Below are positions 57,122 to 64,000 of a DNA stretch of 64,000 nt, piece by piece. Below the pieces are notes generated by a model. It was not told the origin of the DNA, did not search any database, and was given only the letters and a program-made list of their open reading frames with translations. Source of the stretch: Oceanispirochaeta sp. (GTDB lineage: Bacteria; Spirochaetota; Spirochaetia; DSM-2461); contig CAXXOA010000001.1 in the NCBI GenBank assembly GCA_963666275.2, positions 1,632,001-1,696,000 on the forward strand, given 5' to 3'. The translations under genes and the position numbers were made by a program. The number at the start of each line of letters is the position of its first letter. Position 1 is the first letter of the stretch.

Positions 57122-58918
57122 TTAAGAAAAAACTGTTTTTTTTGCTTTTTCCAGCTGTTTTATCTGAAAATTCAAGCTTTCCGTCAGATTCCGGTAGAGT
57201 GTCCGGGAGTTTTCCATGGATTGGGAGGGGGAGGACTGGACCGAGGCTTCTGCCAGGAATTCTTCCAGAAGGGGGAGGATGAAGAAACCTATGATCTCTT
57301 TATTGCCCGATGAAAGGAGTTTGCTGTCAATGGTTTCAAGCTCTTTCAGGGTCCGGGAATCTACTGTATTTTCCGGAATATTCCGGGAGATCTCCCAGCC
57401 CCGGTTTGTCAGTTCCGAAAGATCCTGCAGTTCCTCAATAAGCTGAAAAATCACATTTTTTACCTGAACCGGAGAAACAGGAACGGAGACCTCCCGGAGA
57501 CTCTCTAAAATCTCATCCAGAGCGTCCCTGCATCGGGGCAGTTCCATAAGCTTTTCCGGAGGCTGATAGGGCATACCAGTAATTTTTACCCCTTTATCCG
57601 ATAGATTTCCGGTGTGTATCCGGGGATAATCGGCCATCTGCTGTTCAAACCAGGATATGTAGATCTTCATCCTCTGGTCTGTATACACAGCCTGATCCCT
57701 GTAATTTTCTGTCCTGTAGGGATTCCCGCTGTAAAGGGCATGCCATCCATGGGTTTCGGGGGTGCTGAAGCGATGGGAAAGAGTGTGGACCCTCTCTTCA
57801 AAGGTACTGCCTCTGTAATGGGTCTGTTTGTCCGGAAAGGAAAGATCCAGTCCGCCGCAGAAAATATCGCTTATTCCCATCTGACGGATCAGATCCCAGG
57901 CGGCTGTGGCCACAGAACCGCCCGATTTCAGTTTCCCTTTTATTTCTGTCCTCTCTTCAAGGTACTGCCCCAGGGGGAAAGGGGTGGAACAGAAAAAGAT
58001 CTTTCCCCGGGTTTTTCTGAAAACCGAAGGGTAGGAGGATACATCCGAAACAAGGAGGGATTTTTCAAGCCGGCAGCGGTCCAGATGGCGGGTATTCCAG
58101 TACTGGGGATCAGTCAGAATAGTAAAATCCGGCTCCACTCCCGCATCCAGACAGGGTTTCAGAGCTGTATCCACACAGATCAGGAGCATCCTTTCTCTCA
58201 GTTCCTTCAGATGAGGGACTAACCCGTTCAATCCGGGGCCGGCGGCGAGGAGCAGTCCGGGATACCCTGTAAAACGGTCCTTCAGGTGGTATATACCCGG
58301 AGCTCTGCTGAGCATTGGCATATTACGGGCAATGTTGCTGATCCAGAGGCGGTTGAAACGGTTATGGGTGTTGGTGTTGATCTCCCGTTTGGCAATATAG
58401 TCCCGGACAGCTTTTTCCAGTCTGTCATAGGAGTCCTGATCTGTCTGATAGATCGAGCGGATCAGGCAGGTCTGAATCTTTGTGGTTTTAACATCATTGA
58501 GAAAGAACGGAATCGCCGAAGGGTCGCTCCCCAGTAGGAGGCTCATCTTTCCAGACTGAAACAGATCCGTATAATCCCGGCTGGTCAGGGCCTGTTTGAA
58601 AAGCGCCGGATCCGGTTCGATGATTCCGAAGGGAATCTCCGGATAAAACCTGTGAAAGGCTTCCACCTGATAGCCCAGACCAAAACCCAGAAACAGGCAG
58701 TACCTGGTGGAACTGTCTATTTCCCGGCTTATCAGTTTCTCAGATTCCCGTTCAGGATTGTGACCCGAGTGAAGCAGGATCCCCCCTTTTTTCAGGGTAG
58801 GAGATCCGTTTCTGGCTTCCATTATTTCATAACTGTCTCCGGGAATTTCAGAGAGGGTCTCTTTGAATCCCGGAAAAATAGTTTCCAGGCTGTTCAGATT
58901 GGTATGGAGAAAACTCAT
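57122..58918 (-). CDS. Motility-associated factor (Maf/DUF115) glycosyltransferase family
   Basis: LHSGHNPERE, AAGPGL, VDTAL, GGSVATAA, GLDLSF. Confidence 0.85.
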   Translation of the reverse strand: MSFLHTNLNSLETIFPGFKETLSEIPGDSYEIMEARNGSPTLKKGGILLHSGHNPERESEKLISREIDSSTRYCLFLGFGLGYQVEAFHRFYPEIPFGIIEPDPALFKQALTSRDYTDLFQSGKMSLLLGSDPSAIPFFLNDVKTTKIQTCLIRSIYQTDQDSYDRLEKAVRDYIAKREINTNTHNRFNRLWISNIARNMPMLSRAPGIYHLKDRFTGYPGLLLAAGPGLNGLVPHLKELRERMLLICVDTALKPCLDAGVEPDFTILTDPQYWNTRHLDRCRLEKSLLVSDVSSYPSVFRKTRGKIFFCSTPFPLGQYLEERTEIKGKLKSGGSVATAAWDLIRQMGISDIFCGGLDLSFPDKQTHYRGSTFEERVHTLSHRFSTPETHGWHALYSGNPYRTENYRDQAVYTDQRMKIYISWFEQQMADYPRIHTGNLSDKGVKITGMPYQPPEKLMELPRCRDALDEILESLREVSVPVSPVQVKNVIFQLIEELQDLSELTNRGWEISRNIPENTVDSRTLKELETIDSKLLSSGNKEIIGFFILPLLEEFLAEASVQSSPSQSMENSRTLYRNLTESLNFQIKQLEKAKKTVFS

Positions 58919-60807
58919 TTGAATTCCAGATAGATCGTTGTTTCGTCTGTGATTTCCGTATCAGCAGGGGGAAACTGAAAAACCGCCCATCCTTCCCCTT
59001 TGACGGTCACAGGGATCCCTCTGTTTTCCAGAGCATACATGACCTCTCTTTTGGACATACCCGTAAAATCAGGCAGCTTCTCTTCTATGGGCTTATAGGT
59101 ATTGTCGGGGATCCGTACGGCTCCCGAATGTTCCAGTATCTGATTGCCCCCGATAGGTATGCCGTAATAGGGAGAAAGGGCTTCCGCCAGCTCTTTGACG
59201 ATGGGCGAGGCGATCCTTCCTCCGTAGTAGCTCTGACCTTTGGGATACTCCAGAAGCACATAGATAATCAGTTCGGGATCCTCTGTGGGGAATGTGGCCA
59301 GTACGGACGCCATAAAATCCTCATCCGAATAGGTTCCGGTTTCGGGGTCTATCCTCTGGGCGGTACCGGATTTTCCGGAGATCCTGAGCCCCGGGACCTG
59401 AGCCCTTCTCACAGTACCGTATGGGGAGGCCACGGCCTGTTCCATCATGAGCAGTATTGTTTCGGCCACTTCCGGCGAAACCACTTCCCTGACAGTCTCT
59501 CTGCTGTAATCTTTGACGATACTTCCTTCGGGGGATACCACTTTATCGATGATCTGGGGCTTGAGCAGTACACCCCCGTTGGTGAATACGGTGGCGGCGG
59601 TGATCATCTGAAGGGCTGAGACTCCGATCTCCTGACCAATCGCTATGGTCGGTTTAGACCGGACAGACCAGTCCGAGGGGTTGTTCAGGATACCATTGGA
59701 TTCGCCTGGCAGAGGTATTCCCGTTTTATTCCCGAATCCGAAATTTTTAAGCATATTGTAGTGGTCGGTGGCACTGACCGAATCGGAAGCCATGGCTGTC
59801 CCCACATTGCTTGAGTGAACGAGTATTCCCGTGGGATCCAGTATCCCGTAATTGCCCAGATCCGTGATGGGAGGGATATTGTATTTTTTAAATACCTCGG
59901 GGTTATAGGAGTTCCTTGTATCAAAGGTGTCCTGGGGGGTTATGCCTCCCAGTTCCATAAAGGATGCCAGTGAAAAAATCTTCATCACCGAACCGGGTTC
60001 ATAGGTAAGGGTTACAGGCAGGTTGTTTCTCTGCCGGGCCGAATAGGAGGAAAACCTGTTGGGATCAAATGAAGGCAGAGAGACCATGCTGTAGAACTCT
60101 CCGGTTTTGGCTCCCATCACCAGAATCATAAGACCTTCGGGCTTATGCTCTTCAAATGCCTTCCGTGCTATTTTATCTGTAATGTACTGGGTATTGATAT
60201 CTATGGTGAGGTAAACGTCATTCCCGTAGAGGAGACTTTCATCGCCTGTGGTAATGGACGGGGGCGCCAGAACCTGGTTAAAGGTATACTCCAGGCCTTC
60301 CAGGCCCGTATTGTCTGTTCCCACGTATCCGATGAGATGGGCGGCCAGTTCCTTTTCAGGATAATTGCGGCCATGCTCCTTTTCAAGATGGATCCCCGGC
60401 AGACTGCCCTCATCCATCAGCTGACTGATCTTCCCGGATTCGGTGGGTGAAATAAGGCGTTTGATATAGGCGAAACCCTGTCGGGAAGGATCCTGAAAGC
60501 GGTTTAAAAGTTCCTGATAGTCCAGCCCCAGTGCCTCCGAGAGAAGGCGGGCTGTACCTTCCCTGTCCCTGATTTCCGGAATCCAGGCCGTGACGCTGTC
60601 CAGCCGGGTCTGAATCGCCAGGAGTCTGCCGTTTCTGTCATAAATGGCCCCTCTCTCCATGGAGGGAAAACGGGGTGTATCCTGATGGGAACGGTTCCCC
60701 GGTTTGAGCATTATAAAACCATATTGAATGATAAGAGCCAGGGTTATGCCGAAAAGGACAAAGAGAAAAATCCTGAACCGGTTCTGATTGAAATCATGAG
60801 AACTCAA
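58915..60807 (-). CDS. Class B penicillin-binding protein (FtsI-like) with PASTA domain
   Basis: RGAIYDRNG, EPGSVMK, SSN, KSGTAQ. Confidence 0.92.
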   Translation of the reverse strand: MSSHDFNQNRFRIFLFVLFGITLALIIQYGFIMLKPGNRSHQDTPRFPSMERGAIYDRNGRLLAIQTRLDSVTAWIPEIRDREGTARLLSEALGLDYQELLNRFQDPSRQGFAYIKRLISPTESGKISQLMDEGSLPGIHLEKEHGRNYPEKELAAHLIGYVGTDNTGLEGLEYTFNQVLAPPSITTGDESLLYGNDVYLTIDINTQYITDKIARKAFEEHKPEGLMILVMGAKTGEFYSMVSLPSFDPNRFSSYSARQRNNLPVTLTYEPGSVMKIFSLASFMELGGITPQDTFDTRNSYNPEVFKKYNIPPITDLGNYGILDPTGILVHSSNVGTAMASDSVSATDHYNMLKNFGFGNKTGIPLPGESNGILNNPSDWSVRSKPTIAIGQEIGVSALQMITAATVFTNGGVLLKPQIIDKVVSPEGSIVKDYSRETVREVVSPEVAETILLMMEQAVASPYGTVRRAQVPGLRISGKSGTAQRIDPETGTYSDEDFMASVLATFPTEDPELIIYVLLEYPKGQSYYGGRIASPIVKELAEALSPYYGIPIGGNQILEHSGAVRIPDNTYKPIEEKLPDFTGMSKREVMYALENRGIPVTVKGEGWAVFQFPPADTEITDETTIYLEFK

Positions 60808-61301
60808 TGGTATATCCTGCTCCCGGGGGTAATGACTTTTCCCACCAGTGAACTGACGGGGACAAAACCGTAATCTCTGGAATCGATCGAGTGAAAGGGA
60901 TTATCTCCCAGTACCATAATATATCCCTCCGGGATAACAGGATTTTGAAAGAGCTGCTCTTTCTGCCTGTTTGTCAGAAAAAACTTTTCCCCGTCTACAA
61001 TCAGCCAGGTATCACTGATCTGAATAGGATCTCCGGGAAGCATCCTGCACCTTTTCACCACAAGACGTCTATCACCGGGAGACCGGAAAATCACAATGTC
61101 ATTAACATCGGGCATCTGAACTTCAGAAAAAGGCTTTTTATAGGCCATCTTGTTCACAAGTATGGTCTGACCGTTATGAAGGACCGGTTCCATTGAGATT
61201 TCCTGTACCTGCAGTATATCGAACCAGGAGAACCAGATAAAGGCTGTTAAAAGAATAACAGCAAATGGTCCGCCGTATTGATTTAGGAGTTTTTGAATCA
61301 T
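60804..61301 (-). CDS. lepB: Signal peptidase I
   Basis: SMEP, VVKR, GDNPFHSIDSRDYG. Confidence 0.88.
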   Translation of the reverse strand: MIQKLLNQYGGPFAVILLTAFIWFSWFDILQVQEISMEPVLHNGQTILVNKMAYKKPFSEVQMPDVNDIVIFRSPGDRRLVVKRCRMLPGDPIQISDTWLIVDGEKFFLTNRQKEQLFQNPVIPEGYIMVLGDNPFHSIDSRDYGFVPVSSLVGKVITPGSRIYH

Positions 61302-61359
61302 AGGACAAGTTATATTAATACACCCCCTCATTTTTGTCGATATATTCCAGTAGAGAATT

Positions 61360-62439
61360 ATGGTTGTATCAGCAAAGAGGCAGGAACTGAAAAAGCCTGC
61401 GAAAAAAAAGACAAATCTGGAATTTATCTCATTAAAAAAAGCAGGAAATCCTGCTCCGGTTACGGAGTTTCTTCTGACAAGAGGGTATTCTGTTATATTT
61501 TCTCTGGCTCTTGTCTGTTTTCTTATGATCTGCGGGACCGAATATCCCTACAGATATATGAATCCCCTTATGGCGGCCGGTCTGAATCATCTCTCTTTTC
61601 CCGATGAGGCTCTGGATGCGGTTGAACCTGTCCGGATTCAGAAAGCCGATACAGGTATGAGGATGCCTGAGAATCCCGTGACGGAAAGAAAGGAACTCTG
61701 GGACGTTCCCCACTATACCTATTATCTCAACCAGGGCGATACCATTTCTCAGATCGCCCGGAAGAACTCTGTTACCATCAGTACAATCCTGAGTGTCAAT
61801 AAGATCGAAAATGTAAAAAAAATGGATGAAGGACAGAAACTCCTTATTCCCCGAACAGACGGCATCCTGCATACACTGGAGAAAGGGGAGACCCTGCAGA
61901 GCATTCTCGAAACCTATGAGCTGGATAGAGAGTCTCTGTATTATTATAACCCCCATATCCCTTATGAAACCGAAGAACCCCAGCTGCAGGAAGGGCAGGA
62001 GATATTCCTTCCCGGGGTGACCCTTCCTGAACGGGAACTCCGGAGTCATATGGGAGAGCTGTTCATTTATCCTGTTCAGGGACATGTGATCAAAAACTAC
62101 GGTAATATCCGTGATTCAGTGACTCAGATAGAATCATTCCATAACGGAATTGATATTAAGGGGAATTCAGGAGATCCCGTGAAAGCGGCTCTTGACGGGA
62201 AGGTAATTGCCATAGGATTTAATTCCTCCTACGGAAATTACATCATTCTGGAACATAGTGGAAACTATAGAAGCCTGTATGCCCACCTGAGAGATTCTAC
62301 GGTACAGAAGAATGAACGGGTCAGGCAGGGAGATCAGATCGGGGAACTGGGTATGACAGGATATGCCAGAATCCCCCATCTGCATTTTTCCCTGTTTAAG
62401 GGCAAAAAAAGTATTGATCCAATAGAGTATCTACACTAA
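61360..62439 (+). CDS. LysM / M23 peptidase
   Basis: Two LysM domains; HNGIDI, YAHL, PHLHF. Confidence 0.9.
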   Translation: MVVSAKRQELKKPAKKKTNLEFISLKKAGNPAPVTEFLLTRGYSVIFSLALVCFLMICGTEYPYRYMNPLMAAGLNHLSFPDEALDAVEPVRIQKADTGMRMPENPVTERKELWDVPHYTYYLNQGDTISQIARKNSVTISTILSVNKIENVKKMDEGQKLLIPRTDGILHTLEKGETLQSILETYELDRESLYYYNPHIPYETEEPQLQEGQEIFLPGVTLPERELRSHMGELFIYPVQGHVIKNYGNIRDSVTQIESFHNGIDIKGNSGDPVKAALDGKVIAIGFNSSYGNYIILEHSGNYRSLYAHLRDSTVQKNERVRQGDQIGELGMTGYARIPHLHFSLFKGKKSIDPIEYLH

Positions 62440-62498
62440 GATAGAGAGGATTGAATAACAGGTTGTCCACAGGTTATCCACCAGGAGGTTCGACAACG

Positions 62499-62630
62499 AT
62501 GAGAAAACTGGTATTCTTTATTATTGCCATGCTGGCTCTTTTCAATCTGATAAGGGCTTTTGCAACTTATAACAATCAGACCTATCCGGATGATCCCATG
62601 GAGATTATCCAGTATGAGCCTGAGAGTTAA
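62499..62630 (+). CDS. Small membrane/secreted protein, 43 aa (not in ORF track)
   Basis: RBS AGGAGG; MRKLVFFIIAMLALFNLIRAFATYNNQTYPDDPMEIIQYEPES; terminator follows. Confidence 0.65.
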   Translation: MRKLVFFIIAMLALFNLIRAFATYNNQTYPDDPMEIIQYEPES

Positions 62631-62661
62631 GACTTATACTCAAGTCGAAAAATAGAAAACC

Positions 62662-62692
62662 AAATCCGCCTGTAAAAGGGCGGTTTTTTTTT
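62662..62692 (+). terminator. Rho-independent terminator
   Basis: CCGCC-TGTAAAAG-GGCGG followed by T-tract. Confidence 0.7.
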
Positions 62693-62754
62693 GAACAATC
62701 CCGACCGCAACTGATTTTTTGTAATATTAGTATATAATATTCATTTATGGAGGA

Positions 62755-63552
62755 TTGTTCTTAATGAAAAACACAAAATTACTTTTCCTGTTAATGCTTA
62801 TATCACTCATTACCCTGAATGCCGGAGCAGCCACGCTGAAGGGGATGTCCCTGAACGGGTCCACAGGGCTTGTGAGCATCCCCAGCGGAAGGATCGGATG
62901 GGAGAAGAGTACCGATTTCGGTCTGGATTTCGGATACCACTCCATCATCGATGAAAATGAAAACTATATTCACATTCCCAAAGCATCCATCAGCCTTTTA
63001 AAAATGGCGGAAATTGGTTTTGCCTATGACAGCCAGGATGACAGGGACAATGAAGACATGATTATCCACGGAAAACTTCAGCTGCCCATTAAAGGCAATT
63101 CCGCAGTGGCGGTCGGTGGGAACTATCAGCTTCTGAAGCAGTTTGACGAGGACTATACGATTACCCAGATCTATCTGGCCGCTACCTATCCGGGAGAGTT
63201 CTTCAATATGCCTGCAGAAACCACCGCCGTTGTGGGAAAACGCTTTGGAGACACCGCTCCTGATGATGCGATTGATTTCGGTATGGGATTTGATCTTGTT
63301 CTGTTTCCTGAAACCTTCCAGGGCTATATACACTGGATTAATGACTTCTCCAATTTTTCCTATCAGCATCAGGCCTTTATCGGAGTCAATGCCAATTCCA
63401 GAGGTGTGTTCAATACAGGCATCCGGATTGACATCGCCAGTATTCCCGAACTGTCCAAATACAAGTTTGCCGTTGATGCCATCATGACCGATGCCCTGGA
63501 TGAAAACCGGGCCTTCTGTCTGGGTGTGTCTTTCGGCCTCCCAGTAAAATAG
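62755..63552 (+). CDS. Exported protein, probable outer-membrane beta-barrel
   Basis: Signal peptide; NGSTGLVSIPS N-terminal motif; alternating beta-strand pattern. Confidence 0.6.
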   Translation: MFLMKNTKLLFLLMLISLITLNAGAATLKGMSLNGSTGLVSIPSGRIGWEKSTDFGLDFGYHSIIDENENYIHIPKASISLLKMAEIGFAYDSQDDRDNEDMIIHGKLQLPIKGNSAVAVGGNYQLLKQFDEDYTITQIYLAATYPGEFFNMPAETTAVVGKRFGDTAPDDAIDFGMGFDLVLFPETFQGYIHWINDFSNFSYQHQAFIGVNANSRGVFNTGIRIDIASIPELSKYKFAVDAIMTDALDENRAFCLGVSFGLPVK

Positions 63553-63571
63553 GCAACACACTTTTCAATCA

Positions 63572-63603
63572 GCTCCCTTCTTCTGCAGGAGGGAGTTTTT
63601 TTT
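63572..63603 (+). terminator. Rho-independent terminator
   Basis: CTCCCTTCT/AGGAGGGAG stem plus T-tract. Confidence 0.7.
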
Positions 63604-63790
63604 ATAAAGCCTGGAAAAGAAAAGCCCATTCTGTAAAAGGCCCCCGAGCCTTAAAGGGGAGTCATTTATCACGTGATTATTTCAACCGATTAAACAGATG
63701 AGTGCCACCCCTTTAGGGGCCGGGGGCCTAAACCCCGGATATAAAAAAACGGCTCCCCGGGGAGCCGTCAGTAAAGCAGGCCTGATTGAA

Positions 63791-64000
63791 TCAGGCGCCG
63801 CAGCAGTTTTTATACTTTTTACCGCTGCCGCAGGGGCAGGGTTCATTCCGGCCTACCTTGGGGGTCGCCCGGCGGATCTGCATTTTCTGGGCGTTTGCCT
63901 CACTGCGTTCCTGGGATTTACCGGCGGCAAAACCGTTGACCGCAGAGTGGGACGCCTGGATAGGTCTTGAGGCGCCCTGGTACCTTTCTTTAGCCGGGGC
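63791..64000 (-). CDS. secA: SEC-C motif C-terminus, probably SecA (5' part outside the window)
   Basis: ...[22 protein letters not shown]. Confidence 0.75.
   Translation of the reverse strand, partial: APAKERYQGASRPIQASHSAVNGFAAGKSQERSEANAQKMQIRRATPKVGRNEPCPCGSGKKYKNCCGA

Noticed and set aside
1..64000. tRNA/rRNA genes
   Set aside because: None recognised by eye; a tRNAscan/Infernal run would be needed to exclude them

Overview
This window looks like a free-living spirochaete chromosome segment, judged from a FlaB-type flagellin, a Maf glycosyltransferase and many lipoprotein signal peptides. Positions 1-17934 are the right-hand part of a Mu-like transposable prophage: transposase C-terminus, MuB-like ATPase, GemA, Mor, head genes, contractile tail and baseplate. 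It has no visible terminase, portal or lysis genes, and its right end appears to lie inside the 3' end of msrBA. Next come an envelope redox-repair cluster with a two-component system, aconitase, sppA-nfeD-SPFH, flaB, a SRAP-umuC-umuD mutagenesis cassette, an SDR and an MCP. Positions ~37185-45210 are the most unusual part: modular arrays of a GGCTGAGCGGAGCCGAAGCC repeat family flank AT-rich lipoprotein genes and a truncated polymorphic-toxin-like/FGE-domain pair, and they embed a small GIY-YIG nuclease gene. After that is a translationally coupled operon of lipoprotein, TolC, MFP, two Ig-like lipoproteins and two short RND permeases. The window ends with housekeeping genes (maf, PBP, signal peptidase I, LysM-M23, secA 3' end). 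All calls come from motif reading; no database searches were run.
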